Shown here: in pieces, positions 44,216 to 55,466 of the stretch | Position numbering within the stretch: position 1 is the first letter of the stretch | How the letters are laid out: every line of letters starts with the position of its first letter | From: an uncultured Chloroflexia bacterium | GTDB lineage: Bacteria; Chloroflexota; Limnocylindria; Limnocylindrales; CSP1-4 | NCBI GenBank assembly: GCA_963813335.1 | Contig: CAWEYL010000003.1 | Span: 128,001 to 192,000 of the forward strand | Direction of reading: 5' to 3' | Length of the DNA: 64,000 nucleotides | Made by a program: the position numbers and the translations under genes | The notes under the pieces: generated by a model | What the model was told of the DNA's origin: nothing | What the model saw: the letters and a program-made list of their open reading frames with translations, nothing else | Databases searched by the model: none

Positions 44216-47080
44216 TCAGCCGGCCCGGCCGACGCCGGGCGGCCCGGGAGCGGGCGGCGGCGGGCCGGCGAACGCGGCCAAACGGGCGGCCACACGACCC
44301 GACAGGCGGCGCCGGAGGAGCCGGCGGCGGGCCAGCGTGACGAGCAGCGAGGCCAGCGTGAGCGCGGCGAGCGTGCCCAGTCCGGCGACACCCGTCAGGT
44401 CGTGCCCCGGGAATGGGCCGAAGCCTGCGGTCGCCGGAAGGGTGGCGCTCGTCCCGGGGCCGGCGGCGATCACCGCCGGGTCGCCGCTCGGCGTCGCCAG
44501 CGCCGCCGCAGCGGTCGGGTCGCCCGCGAGCACGATCCCGGCGGGATCGTCGGCGACGACCGTCCAGCCGCGCTCCGTCGAATCGACCCGGCCGACCACG
44601 TTCACCACATCGTCCGGCTCGATCAGCGGCAGGAGCTCGGCGGCGGCGTCGTGCAGGACCACCGGACCCGTCGCGGTCCCGTCGTCGAGCAAGAAGCCGT
44701 CCGGGAGCAGGCCGCTGACGATGCCGCCCACGCGCACGGTCGTGCCGTCATGGCCGGCCAGGTCCACGAGGTCGGCGTCGGGCACGGCCGGCGCCGCACC
44801 GGTCGGCGCCGCCGCCGACCCGGGACCGGCGGTCGGACCGGAGACGCCGGCATCGCCGCTCGAGCCCGTTCCGGACGTTGCGCCGCCGGTGCCCGTTCCG
44901 GGTGCGGCTGTGGCCGCGTCCACGCGCATGTCCCCCCGCCCGCGTGGAAGGATCGCGTAGCGCCGGTCCTTGGCGGTCGGGTACGGGCGGCGGACGATGC
45001 CGACGACGGTGGCCAGGTGGCCCTCCAGGACCGACGCCACCGGGATGCCGGCACCGGCCTGGCCGAGCACGACCACCCGTTCCTTGCCGACGAGCAGCTC
45101 CGCGCGCCATCGGTCGCCGAGCTTGTTCACCGTGTCGATCCGCCCGCGGACCGTGACGAGGCGCCACTCCTGGGCGAGCCCGGGCGAGCGGTACAGCAGC
45201 AGTGGTGCCGGGACCGTGGCCGTGCCGAGTCGCTCGATGGCGGTGGCCGCCAGCCTCGGTGCGCCGTACGACGTGCCGACGCTGCCGTCGACGCGGACGC
45301 GAGTGCCGACCGCCGGTGCCGTGGCATCCGAGGGCGCGCGGACTTCGATCGCGCCCGACGTGTCCTGCACCACGAACAGCTTCCCGGTCCCGTCGAGCAG
45401 CGTGGCGGGCGCGGTCACGACCGCCACGATGGCGACCGATCGGCCGCTGGTCCGCTTCGCCGCGGCGATCGAGATCGGCCGGATCGGGGAGGCGCTGGCG
45501 GACGGCCCGGCGGTCGGCGTCGGACGAGCGGTGGGCCTCGGCGTGGGCGTGGCACCCGGCGTGACCACGACGACGTCAGCGACGTCCCGAAGGCAGATCC
45601 GGTAGCCGTCCAGCGCCCCGCTGCGCGTCGACCGCTGGCCGCCGATCCCCGTGATCCGGTACGTGCCGCCGACGGCGAAGGTCGAGGCCGCGATCCCGCT
45701 CGAGGAATCGGCGAGGACCTTGATGGCCGGGCCTTCGCTCGGCTGCAGCGTGACCGTGACGTCGCCGCTCGACGACGTGGTCGGGCGAGCGTCGACGCGG
45801 CCGGTCGCGACGAGGATCCGTCCTTCGGTGGACTCGTCGAGGCCCGTCGGCCCGAGGGCCGTCGGTTCCGGAGGCGCCGCGGTCCCGGTCTCCACGATGC
45901 CGCCCGCCACCGGCCGGACCTCGAGCTGGCCGTATGGCGCCGCCAGCGGTCCCGTGACCTGGAGCGTCGTGCCGCGCGTCGGCTCGGTCGTGCCTGCTGG
46001 GAGCCGGACGGCGAGACCGCCGGTCGGATCGGCGATCGCGACGAGCGCCGGCGTCCCGAGCCGGCCGGCCTCGACCGTGATGGTCCCCGTGACGGTCACG
46101 ATCGTTCCGATCGGCAGGAGGCGAGCGGCGGCGAGATCCGTCGTCGCGGCCGGCGTGGGCTGCGGTGTCGGAGTCGGTGTCGGCTCGGGAGTCGGGGTGG
46201 GCACGGGAGTCGGGGTCGGGGTCGGCGTGGGCGCAGGCGTCGGCGTCGGGGTCGGCGTCGGCGTCGGCGTCGGGGTGGGCACGGGAGTCGGGGTCGGGGT
46301 CGGCGTCGGGACGGGGGTCGGGATCGGGGTGGGCGTCGGCGTCGGGACGGGGGTCGGAGTGGGCACAGGGGTCGGGGTGGGCACAGGGGTCGGGGTGGGC
46401 GTCGGGGTGGGCGTGGGTACGGGCGCAACCTCCGGGACCGGCGGCGCCGAGAGACCCTGCGGCGACGGCGCGGCCTGGACGAACCAGTCCACCGAGTCGT
46501 CGTTCGTGTCCCAGCCGTTCCCCAGTGCGCCGCCGGGTGCGCGCTCCAGGCTCGAGCCGGCCGCGGGCGCCGGTGCGGGCGAGCCCTCGACCACGTCGTT
46601 CGCCGCGTCCCCCCAGCCGACGGCGTCGACCACGGCGCCCCCGACGACGCGCAGCGCGATCGTCCCGCCGGTCGCGGCGAACCCGCCGGAATACGTCAGG
46701 TCCGCGGCCGCCGCGAACGCGCCCGCGGTATTCGCGAGCAGGATCCGCTTCCCGGGATCGAGGATCGTGGAGACCGTCCACGTCCCCTTTCGCGTCACGG
46801 TCGAGCCCGAGGACGTCGCGTAGACCACCTCGAGGCCGGCCAAGTCGACCGCACCGGTCCCCTGGTTGGCTACCTCGACGAACTCGTCGGATGCCGAAGC
46901 GCCACCCGTCTGGATCTCGCTGACGACCAGGGTCGACGTCGGCCAGGCCACCGATGCCGCCAGGGCGATCGGCACGCCCGCCGCACCGCCAGGGACCAGC
47001 CCCGAGGCGGCGATCAGGGCGACCACGAGCACGAGATGTCCCACCCGGACGCGAACCATGACGACCTCCCGGCGGGACAC
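44216..47080 (-). CDS. Surface protein: lamin-tail domain, Pro/Thr linker, repeated OB-fold-like domains and a C-terminal anchor
   Basis: [18 protein letters not shown] (LTD), (PT)n, repeated VTGTIT..D.TGG..V units, then a C-terminal TM with an Arg-rich tail. Confidence 0.8.
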   Translation of the reverse strand: MSRREVVMVRVRVGHLVLVVALIAASGLVPGGAAGVPIALAASVAWPTSTLVVSEIQTGGASASDEFVEVANQGTGAVDLAGLEVVYATSSGSTVTRKGTWTVSTILDPGKRILLANTAGAFAAAADLTYSGGFAATGGTIALRVVGGAVVDAVGWGDAANDVVEGSPAPAPAAGSSLERAPGGALGNGWDTNDDSVDWFVQAAPSPQGLSAPPVPEVAPVPTPTPTPTPTPVPTPTPVPTPTPVPTPTPTPIPTPVPTPTPTPTPVPTPTPTPTPTPTPTPAPTPTPTPTPVPTPTPEPTPTPTPQPTPAATTDLAAARLLPIGTIVTVTGTITVEAGRLGTPALVAIADPTGGLAVRLPAGTTEPTRGTTLQVTGPLAAPYGQLEVRPVAGGIVETGTAAPPEPTALGPTGLDESTEGRILVATGRVDARPTTSSSGDVTVTLQPSEGPAIKVLADSSSGIAASTFAVGGTYRITGIGGQRSTRSGALDGYRICLRDVADVVVVTPGATPTPRPTARPTPTAGPSASASPIRPISIAAAKRTSGRSVAIVAVVTAPATLLDGTGKLFVVQDTSGAIEVRAPSDATAPAVGTRVRVDGSVGTSYGAPRLAATAIERLGTATVPAPLLLYRSPGLAQEWRLVTVRGRIDTVNKLGDRWRAELLVGKERVVVLGQAGAGIPVASVLEGHLATVVGIVRRPYPTAKDRRYAILPRGRGDMRVDAATAAPGTGTGGATSGTGSSGDAGVSGPTAGPGSAAAPTGAAPAVPDADLVDLAGHDGTTVRVGGIVSGLLPDGFLLDDGTATGPVVLHDAAAELLPLIEPDDVVNVVGRVDSTERGWTVVADDPAGIVLAGDPTAAAALATPSGDPAVIAAGPGTSATLPATAGFGPFPGHDLTGVAGLGTLAALTLASLLVTLARRRLLRRRLSGRVAARLAAFAGPPPPAPGPPGVGRAG
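46150..46422 (-). repeat. Coding (Pro-Thr)n low-complexity tandem repeat
   Basis: Repeated GTCGGG/GTGGGC hexamers. Confidence 0.9.
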
Positions 47081-47206
47081 GGGCGGCGGTCATCGGCGGT
47101 CGCGACATCGTCGCAGCCCGCGCTTATCTGCGGCTCACCGCGGGTCCGGACCGCGGTTGGACTACCATGCGTGCCACCGTCCGGACGACATCGACAGGGA
47201 GAGACC

Positions 47207-47902
47207 GTGGCTCGCGCCAAGAAGACCGATCGCGCCGAAGCGCGCCGCCGCCATCGCGCCGAAGCCGCCGAGGCTGCGGGCGAGGCCCCGGTCGACGGCG
47301 CCGCCGCTCCGCGCTCGGCGTCGCGCTCCTCGACCCCGGCGTACTCGGCCCCGGGGGGCCGGGTGGGCATCAGCCAGTCGTTCCGCCTGGCGTTCCATCC
47401 GCTCAACATGCGCGAGGACATCGCGGCGCTGCCCTGGCTGCTTCGCTCGAGGGCGTTCCTGATCCCGCTGGCGGTCACCCTCGCCTCGACGGTCATCGTC
47501 CTGGTCTCCGGCGGTCCGACGAACATCGTCGCGGCCTTCCTGTTCGCCTACTTCGTCCAGACCCCGCCCATCGGCGGCGCGCTGATCGCGGGCTTCCTGG
47601 CGCCGCGCGCCAGCTGGCTGCTCGGGCTGATCGTGTCGCTGATCGCGTCCGCCGGCTACGCGGCGATCATCCTGATCCTGACGGCCGGCATGCCGGACCA
47701 GGCCGCCGCCCTCCAGACGGTCCCGGTCGAGGCGTTCCTGCTGGCGCCGGTCCTGGGCGCGTTCTTCGCGGCCGCCGCCGCGTGGTACCGCCGGTTCCTG
47801 CAGCTGTCGAACCCGAACCGCGGGCGTCGGGCCGAGGCCAAGCGCGGCGCCGACGGCCGATCGCGGACCAGCGGCTCGCAGAAGGCCCCGGTCAAGCGCT
47901 AG
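47207..47902 (+). CDS. Hypothetical membrane protein
   Basis: GTG start after GGGAGAG; basic N-terminus and 4 TM. Confidence 0.72.
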   Translation: MARAKKTDRAEARRRHRAEAAEAAGEAPVDGAAAPRSASRSSTPAYSAPGGRVGISQSFRLAFHPLNMREDIAALPWLLRSRAFLIPLAVTLASTVIVLVSGGPTNIVAAFLFAYFVQTPPIGGALIAGFLAPRASWLLGLIVSLIASAGYAAIILILTAGMPDQAAALQTVPVEAFLLAPVLGAFFAAAAAWYRRFLQLSNPNRGRRAEAKRGADGRSRTSGSQKAPVKR

Positions 47903-47915
47903 CGGCCCGCCCCGG

Positions 47916-50900
47916 TCAGCCGAGGCGGCGCATCCCGGCATAGCCCGTCTGGCGGACGCCGTCGGGGCGTTCCGGCCCACCGGCCGCCGCCGCGGCCTCG
48001 GGGAGTGCCTGGACGGCGTGCGCGACCACGTTCACGACCGAGCCGTCGCGCTGCAGGTCGCCATCGATGAGCAGCAGGGCGTGGCGGCGGACGACGGACC
48101 GCAGCCGTGCCCAGGTGTCCGGCCAGAGCGTGACGTTGACCATCCCGGTCTCGTCCTCGACCGCCAGGAAGACGGTCCCCTTGGCGGTCATCGGGTGCTG
48201 CCGCGTGACCACGAGACCGCCCAGCCGGACCGGCCCCGGGCGACGCTCGGCGAGGGTCGAGTTCGGGACCGCGCCGAGGCGGTCGAGGGCGCCCCGGAAG
48301 AGCGCCGTGACCTGCCGCCGCGCATCGAGCCCGATGACCGCATAGGCGTCGCCGATCCGCTCCGATTCGGTGAGCGGCGGGAGGTCGGGCACGGCCGTCG
48401 CCGGCAGCCGCAGGTCCAGCGGCCGGCCGGCCGCCGCGCCGCGCTTCCCGGCCGCGCGTCCCAGGGCCCGCAGCGCCCGCCCGTCGACGCGGCCGCGCGA
48501 CGATCCCGCCACCTCGCGCAACTGCCAGAGCAGCTCCCGCCGCGGCCGGCCCAGCGAATCGAGCCCGCCGGTCCGGATGAGCCGCTCGAGGACGTCCTCG
48601 GGGAGCCCGGTCCGCTCGACGACGTCGGCCAGGCTCGCGTACGGCCCGCGCGCGAGCTCCGCGTCGAGGAGCGCCTGGTGCTGCTCGCCGATCCCCTTGA
48701 CCAGGCCGAGGCCGAGGCGGATGCCCCAGCCGGCGGTGATCTCCGGCGTCCAGCGTTCCTGCGCGGCCGCGTCGGGGATGACGCAGGACGGTGACCGGAT
48801 GGGCTCGGGCCGGGCCGCGATCCCCGCGCCGTCGGGGAGCGGCTCGCCGGGCCGCCCCACCCACTCGGTGGTGGTCCGGTACGAGGAGGCGTTGATGTCG
48901 ACCGGCAGGACCGCGACGCCGTGGCGCTTCACGTCGTTGACGAGGACCTCGACCGGGTAGAAGCCCATCGGCTGGGCGTTGATCAGCCCGACCGTGAACT
49001 GGGCCGGGTAGAACAGCTTGAGGAAGGCCAATTCGTAGGCCGTCCGCGCGAACGCGGCCGCGTGCGACTTGGCGAACCCGAAGCTCGCGAACGCGGCGAC
49101 CTGGCGGAACAGCTCCTCGGCGGTCTCCTCGGCCATCCCCGGCTGGCGGAGCGCCCCGTCCACGAACTGGCGGTGGAGCTTCTCCATCTCGTGGCTGGAG
49201 CGCCACGTGCCCATCGCCCGGCGGAACCCGTCGCTCTCGGCGGCCGTGAACCCGGCCACCTCGATGGCGATGCGCATGACCTGCTCCTGGTAGAGGATCA
49301 CGCCCATCGAGTCGCGCAGCACCGGCTCGAGCGAGGGATGGAGATAGGTCACCGGCTCCAGGCCCTGCTTGCGGCGCAGGAACGGGTGGACGGCGTTCCC
49401 CTGGATGGGTCCCGGGCGGATGATCGCCACCTCGACCACGAGGTCGTCGAGGCTCTGCGGCCGCGACTTCGGGAGCGTCTGCATCTGGGCCCGGCTCTCG
49501 ACCTGGAAGACGCCCACGGTGTCGGCCGCCTGGAGCATCTCGAAGACCTCCGGGACGTCCTCGGGCAGCCGGTCGAGATCGAGGCAGACCGCGCAGTCGT
49601 GCTCGATGAGCTGGAGGGTCTCGTCCATCGCGGCGAGCATCCCGAGGCCCAGCAGGTCCAGCTTGATGAGCTTGAGCGTCTCGACGTCGCGCTTGTCGAA
49701 CTGGACGACGACCCGGTCCGCCATCGTCGCCCGCTCGAGCGGCGCGATGTCGATGAGCGGCGCCGCGGTCACCAGCATCCCGCCCGAGTGGATCGAGAGG
49801 TGGCGCGGGAAGCCGTCGATGCGGGCGCAGAACTCGAGCCAGCGCTCCCAGTCGCTCAGGCCGACCGTCGAGCCGCCGCGGGGCTGCGGGGGCGGCTCGG
49901 GCTCGACCCGCGCCACCGATGAGCGGCTCGCGGCCGCGCCCTGGTCCGCCCGTCTCGGTGCCGGCGGCCCTGACGGATCTGCGAGCTCCGCTCCGAGGTC
50001 CGAGGCGGAGCCCCGCGACGCCATCGGCCCGAGGATTCTGCCCAGCTTGTCGGTCCGTCGCGGCGGCGTCTCCAACTGGCCGCTCTCGGGATCCACGGCC
50101 CGACCCTCCACGAGCGCCGGCGGGAGGATCCGGTCGCGGTCGGCCTCGTAGCCCGTCCCGCGTCCGGCGCGCAGCCAGGCGACGCTCGCGGTGGAATCGC
50201 CCGGTCCCCCTTCATCGTCCGACGGGCCACCGCCGCGGACCGCCGTCCGCGGGGCCAGCGGGTCGTCGTCGCCGAGCCAGGCGAAGGGTCGTGGCGCATC
50301 CGGGTCGTCCGGCGCCTTCGGCTGCCGCCAGGGCGGCACCTTGCCGACGAGCGGGACCCGCTGCTGCAGCTGGCCCATCCGGTCGACGAGGCCGTGGGCC
50401 TCGGCCCGCTCGACGGCGAGGATCTCGCCGGGCGATCCGTCCCCCGCGCGCCGGAAGAACTCGGCGAACCCGCCGTCGGCCTCGAGGTCGCGACGGACCA
50501 TGACCGAGTCGTACGTCTCGAGCGCCTTGGCGACCCGGTCGACCAGCGGGCGCGGGAACCCGAGCGCGTACCCCACCTCGCGGACCGCGGACCGCGCCCG
50601 GTACGTCACGAGGTTGCAGACCATCCCGGTGTGCTCGGGTCCGTAGCGCCGGTAGATGTACTGGATGACCTCCTCCCGGCGCTCCGAGCTGAAGTCGATG
50701 TCGACATCCGGGTAGGTCGTCCGGCCCGGATTGATGAACCGCTCGAACAACAGGTTGTGGGCGATCGGCTCGACCCGGCTGATCCCGAGCGTGTACGACA
50801 CGATCGAGCTGGTCGCGCTGCCCCGGCCCTGGGCCGGGATCCCCTGCTCCTTCGCGAAGCGCATGAGGTCCCAGCAGATGAGGAAGAACTCGGCGAGGCC

Positions 50901-52116
50901 GGCCCGCTCGATGACGTCGAGCTCGTGCGCGAGCCGGGTCACGACCGCCGAGGTCATCGGGTGGTAGCGGCGGCGCGCGCCCGCCCAGCACAGCTCCGAG
51001 AGATAGGAGAACGGCGTCTCCTGGTCCGGCACCGGGAAGCCCGGGAAGCGGTACTGCTCGAACCCGAGGTCGACCGAGCACGACGCCGCGAGCTCCACGG
51101 AGGTCGCGATCCCCTCCGCCCAGGCCCTCGCCGTCAGCGGGTCGCCGCCCGCGCCAGGGCCCGGCGGCAGCCGCGCCAGCTCCTCCCCGGACTTCAGGTA
51201 CGACTCGCCGTCGGCGCGGCGCAGGGCCCCGAGCGTCTCGAGGGTCCGGCCGTGGCGGATGGCGGTCAGGACATCGGCCAGCTCGCGGTCCTCGGGGCGG
51301 GCGTAGTGGACGTCGTTGGTGACCACCACCGGCAGCCCCAGCTCGTCGGCCAGCGCCGCCGCTCCCGCAACGAGCCAGTCGTCGTCGGCGAGGAGGTGGT
51401 GCGAGAGCTCGATGAAGAAGCCGCTGCCGGCCGGCCCGTCGCCGCGGCCGAAGAGGCGGGCGTAGCGTTCCGCGACCGCCCGCGCGCCCGCCCGGTCGCC
51501 CACGCGCAGGCGGCGCACCAGCTCCCCGTCGCGGCAGCCCGACAGCGCGACGAGTCCCTCGACGTGGTCGGCCAGGAGCGCCTGCGAGAAGCGCGGCATC
51601 CCCTTCGTCCCGGCCAGGTTGGCGTGCGAGACGAGCCGGCACAGGCTCCGCCAGCCGATCGCCGAACGCGCCAGCAGCACGAGGTGCGGACCGCGCGCCC
51701 GCTCGCCGACGCCGCGCAGGTCCTCCTTCACGGGCTCGCGATGGCCGGGCAGGCGCGGGCGCTCGGGCCGTGGCCGGCGCGGGAGGCCGTCGAGGGCGCC
51801 GCCGGCCGAAGCCTCGCCCGCGCCCCGACCGCCCGCCGTGCCGTCGCGCACGCCGGGGCGCGATCACGACCCGGTCGCGATCGGGGGCGGCCGCGTCGAG
51901 CAGCTCGATCTCGAGCCCGACGACGGGGTGCAGCCCGACGGCCTCGGCCGCCCCCACGAAACGGACCGTGCCGTACAGGCCGGCATGGTCGGTCACGGCC
52001 AGCCCGCTCATCCCCAGCTCGACCGCCCGCGCGACCAGGTCGTCCGGTGGCGAGGCGCCATCGAGGAACGAGAAGTTGGTGTGGCAGTGCAGTTCCGCGT
52101 ACGGGGTCGGGGCCAC
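47916..52116 (-). CDS. dnaE2: Error-prone DNA polymerase III alpha, with an apparent +1 frameshift near 51800-51850
   Basis: YAELHCHTNFSFLDGAS, GRGSA, PDVDIDF, FPRHLSIHSGG, QPMGFY and TRQHPMTAKGTVF; SOS box upstream. Confidence 0.92.
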
Positions 52117-52160
52117 GAGACGCTCCGGGGTCGCCGGGCTGGAGGGGGCCTGTCAGTATA

Positions 52161-52172
52161 GAACATCCGTTC
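52161..52172. promoter_or_regulatory. LexA (SOS) box upstream of dnaE2
   Basis: GAAC-ATCC-GTTC abutting a minus-strand TATACT -10 box. Confidence 0.85.
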
Positions 52173-52189
52173 TGTCTTGACCAGCCCAC

Positions 52190-53761
52190 GTGGCACCGGG
52201 ACCAACGGCGGGATGGACAAGACGCCGGCGAGGCGCTTTCCTGTGCAGGTGCGACCGAACCCCAGCCCGCCGGTTCGCCACGATCTGGCTCGCCCTGCTC
52301 CTCGCCGTCGTCACGACCCCGCTCGTGGCCATGGCCGGCCATGTCCAGGACGCGAACGCCGCGACACCGATCCGCCCGCGCATCACCGGCATCAAGCCGC
52401 TGACCAAGGAGGTCTACGGCTACCTGCCCTACTGGCGACTCGATAGCACGACGGTGGACCATCTCCAGTACGACCTCGTCTCGACGATCGCGTTCTTCGG
52501 CCTGGGGATCCTCGCCAACGGGAACATCGACACGTCCTGGGTCGGTTACAAGGAATACGTCGGTGACGACGCCGCAGCGGTCACCAACGCCGCCCACGAC
52601 AAAGGCGTGCGGGTGGTCCCCACGTTCCAGTTGTTCGACGGCGGGGCGCTCCACAAGATGACCGCGTTCCTCGGCAGCGACGCCGCACAGGCCACCTTCA
52701 TCGCGCAGGCGCTGGACCTGATGGCCGCCCGCAAGGCGGACGGCGCGAACCTCGACTTCGAGCCGATGCCGGCCTCGATGACGCCCGCCTACCTCACCTT
52801 CGTCGCGAAGCTCCGGACCGCCATGCGGACCCGTTTCCCGGGGTCGACGTTGGTCAACTCGACATCCGCAGGCGCCGGTGCGGACCTCGTGGCCGGCCTC
52901 GTGCCCCTGGTCGACAAGCAGATGATCATGACCTATGGCTACCGGACCGCGACGGCCACGGTCGCCGGCGCCGTGGCGCCCCTGGCCAGCGCGGCCCGCA
53001 ACGTCAACATCCACATCACCCGGATCCTGAAGTCGGCGCCGGCGGACTCGATCCTGCTGGGCGTGCCCTATTACGGGTTCGACTGGCCGGTCACGTCGGC
53101 CGTCCCCAACGCGACGGTCCAGACGGACAAGACCACCTACGGCGCCGCGAAGAGCATCACGTATGCCGCGGCCCGCGACTACCTCGCCGCCCACCCGACG
53201 ATCGTCCGCCACCACGACACCGTCGAGGGCAGCGCGTTCTACATCTATCGCGACTCGGTCAAGAAGACCTATCGCGAGGTCTATTTCGACGACGAGCGGA
53301 GCCTCGGCGCCAAGTACGACTACGCCCTGGTCCAGGGCCTCGGCGGCATCGGGATCTGGACCCTCGACAACGACAAGGGCTACACGGCGCTGTGGAACGT
53401 CCTGCGCCAGAAGTTCTATGCGCCCGTCCGCTCGACGACCATCACCGCGTCGATCTCAGGCCTGCACCGGACCGCGGGTGTCGTCTGGCTGACCGTCCAC
53501 GGCCGTGTCCGCAACACGGGCACGGTGCCGCTCACGGGCCGCTGGTGGTGGTCGATCACGGACCCGAAGGGCCACATCGTCGAGTCGGGCAAGTGGGCGC
53601 CATCGACGATCTACCCGACGCGCTCCCTGGCCCACGGCCGCGTCGTCCGCCTGGGGCTCGCCAGCAGTCTCCGCGCCGGCACCTACACGCTGCGGATCTA
53701 CTTCAAGACGGCGAGCCGCAGCTGGCGTTCGCCGGTCGTCGGATTCCGCCAGCCGTACTGA
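52190..53761 (+). CDS. Secreted glycoside hydrolase family 18 with a C-terminal beta-rich domain (start uncertain)
   Basis: VYGYLPYW, DGANLDFE, IMTYGY, LGVPYYG and GGIGIWTL. Confidence 0.85.
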   Translation: MAPGPTAGWTRRRRGAFLCRCDRTPARRFATIWLALLLAVVTTPLVAMAGHVQDANAATPIRPRITGIKPLTKEVYGYLPYWRLDSTTVDHLQYDLVSTIAFFGLGILANGNIDTSWVGYKEYVGDDAAAVTNAAHDKGVRVVPTFQLFDGGALHKMTAFLGSDAAQATFIAQALDLMAARKADGANLDFEPMPASMTPAYLTFVAKLRTAMRTRFPGSTLVNSTSAGAGADLVAGLVPLVDKQMIMTYGYRTATATVAGAVAPLASAARNVNIHITRILKSAPADSILLGVPYYGFDWPVTSAVPNATVQTDKTTYGAAKSITYAAARDYLAAHPTIVRHHDTVEGSAFYIYRDSVKKTYREVYFDDERSLGAKYDYALVQGLGGIGIWTLDNDKGYTALWNVLRQKFYAPVRSTTITASISGLHRTAGVVWLTVHGRVRNTGTVPLTGRWWWSITDPKGHIVESGKWAPSTIYPTRSLAHGRVVRLGLASSLRAGTYTLRIYFKTASRSWRSPVVGFRQPY

Positions 53762-53829
53762 GCGCGACCCGGACGAAATCCGTCCGTCCGGCCTCGAAAC
53801 ATCCGGGGCGGGTCCCGCGTCTCTTGGCC

Positions 53830-53955
53830 ATGCACGCACCCATCCGCCCCGTGGCGACCATCGCACTGCGAAGTGCGTTGATGGTCGCGCTGGCGATGAT
53901 GCTGATCATGGTCCTGCTGCCGATGGTCCTCTCGGTCGAGGCGTCCGGCAGCTAA
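53830..53955 (+). CDS. 41-aa single-TM small protein
   Basis: MHAPIRPVATIALRSALMVALAMMLIMVLLPMVLSVEASGS. Confidence 0.5.
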   Translation: MHAPIRPVATIALRSALMVALAMMLIMVLLPMVLSVEASGS

Positions 53956-54064
53956 CCTACCAACAAACGTCTCGGCGCCTGGGGGCCTCGAGACGATCCG
54001 GCGGCGGCGATCGCGATGATCGACGTCGACCAGTCGGGGAGCCGGTGAGCGACTCTGCCGACCA

Positions 54065-54100
54065 AAGGACCCCCGTCGCTTGGGGGCGACGGGGGTCCTT
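54065..54100. terminator. Strong 15-bp hairpin
   Basis: AAGGACCCCCGTCGC-N6-GCGACGGGGGTCCTT. Confidence 0.75.
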
Positions 54101-54137
54101 CCATGCCCGGGCCGCGATACGGCGGTACGCTTCGGCC

Positions 54138-54629
54138 GTGATCCCGCGCTGGCGTCCCGTCGTCGTGCTGCTCGTGGCCCTGCTGGTCACCGCGTGCGGG
54201 TCGGCCGCGGCGTCACGGCCCAGCACGGCGCCGGCGCCCGGCAGCGACGTCCCCGCGGCCTCGGAGCCCGCCACGGCGGCCCCGCCCGCCGAAGGCCAGA
54301 GCGACACCGAGTGGGGGCCGATCTGGGACACCGTCCCGTCGGGCTTCCCGACCTACCCGGGCTCGAAGGTGACCGAGGTGGGCACGGACCCCGCCAGCGA
54401 GGTGCGCGTGATCGACGGCGTCGAGCCGACGGCCATCGCGTCATGGATGGACCAGCACCTGCAGGCTGCGGCATTCCGCACCGACGGGTTGTCCGGCCCG
54501 TTCGAGGACGGGAGCTACGTCGTCGACGCCAGCGGCCAGGCCGGTTGCCGGGTACAGGTGCGGGTCGCCCCGACCGGGGGCACCTCGACGATGGTCGTCC
54601 TGTACGGGGCGAGCTGCCCTCACGGATGA
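54138..54629 (+). CDS. Putative lipoprotein
   Basis: Lipobox VTAC; TACGCT lies 6 nt upstream of the GTG. Confidence 0.7.
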   Translation: MIPRWRPVVVLLVALLVTACGSAAASRPSTAPAPGSDVPAASEPATAAPPAEGQSDTEWGPIWDTVPSGFPTYPGSKVTEVGTDPASEVRVIDGVEPTAIASWMDQHLQAAAFRTDGLSGPFEDGSYVVDASGQAGCRVQVRVAPTGGTSTMVVLYGASCPHG

Positions 54630-54715
54630 CCAGCGGCTCACCCACCGCCCGCACTATGCTGCTGACCGCGACCGGTCCGGGACACCCGGTCGAGCCAGCC
54701 TGGGGGAGGCGCTAC

Positions 54716-54820
54716 GTGCAGAAGGCACAACCACGGGACCTGGGGGCGCTCGTGCTCGTGGTGGGGATCCTGGTGACGCTCTTCGTCGTCAGCCTGCTGG
54801 TCGGCGCCCCCGCGCGCTGA
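54716..54820 (+). CDS. 34-aa single-TM small protein
   Basis: GGAGG RBS and a hydrophobic stretch; convergent overlap with the TetR gene. Confidence 0.4.
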   Translation: MQKAQPRDLGALVLVVGILVTLFVVSLLVGAPAR

Positions 54821-55370
54821 GGCCGTCGAGGATCGTCGCGACGCCGCTGGCGTACGCCTCGTCGAGCGTGCCGCCCAGTCGGAAGGCGCCCGCCAGTTCC
54901 ATGCTCACGAACCCGTGCGCCCACGCCACGAATGTCCGCGCGGCCGAAAGGGCGTCATCGGGCCCCACGAGGACGGTCATCGCGTCGACGATCGGACGTG
55001 CCAGCTCGGCGAGGGCGTCGGGATCGGGCTGGAGGTCGGGCGAGAGGTGGGCGAAGAGGAGCCCGTAGCCGTTCGGGTTCGCGAGCACGAATCCGCGGTA
55101 GGCGTGGGCCGTCGCGGTGACGTCCGCGCGCGGGTCCCCGCTCGACACGGCCAGGGAGAGCCGGCGAGCCAGGTCGGCGGTGACCGCGTCGCCGACCGCG
55201 CGGATCAGGGCGGCGCGGTTCGGCACGTGCTTGTAGAGGGACGGGCCGCGGATCCCGACGCGCTCGGCGACGCGGCTCATGACGACGGCGTCGAGGCCGT
55301 CCTCCTCGAGGATCGAGCGTGCCGCGGACAGGATCGCGTCACGCGACGTCCGGGCCGGTGCTGGGCTCAT
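54789..55370 (-). CDS. TetR family regulator (WHG-type C-terminal domain)
   Basis: HTH VAERVGIRGPSLYKH; AWAHGFVSME. Confidence 0.9.
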   Translation of the reverse strand: MSPAPARTSRDAILSAARSILEEDGLDAVVMSRVAERVGIRGPSLYKHVPNRAALIRAVGDAVTADLARRLSLAVSSGDPRADVTATAHAYRGFVLANPNGYGLLFAHLSPDLQPDPDALAELARPIVDAMTVLVGPDDALSAARTFVAWAHGFVSMELAGAFRLGGTLDEAYASGVATILDGLSARGRRPAG

Positions 55371-55377
55371 GGCCGCG

Positions 55378-55424
55378 AGTATAGCCTATTGACATTAGCC
55401 ATCAAGGCTATATAGTGTAGCCAT
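55378..55424. promoter_or_regulatory. Divergent promoters with a probable TetR operator
   Basis: TTGACA..TATAGT on plus, TATACT on minus, and palindrome TAGCC-N5-GGCTA. Confidence 0.7.
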
Positions 55425-55466
55425 CGAGCGCGAGGAGCGCGCTCTCAGCTGCCGGAGAAGATCGAG

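Noticed and set aside
46150-46422. CRISPR-like or VNTR array
   Set aside because: It is a coding Pro-Thr linker with no unique spacers.
49860-50455. Intein in DnaE2
   Set aside because: No N-terminal Cys/Ser block, no His-Asn followed by Cys/Ser/Thr, and no LAGLIDADG motifs.
51800-51860. Programmed frameshift in dnaE2
   Set aside because: No slippery heptamer was seen. Similar +1 shifts occur near 9365, 9490, 25298 and 61941, which points to assembly indels; reads would settle it.
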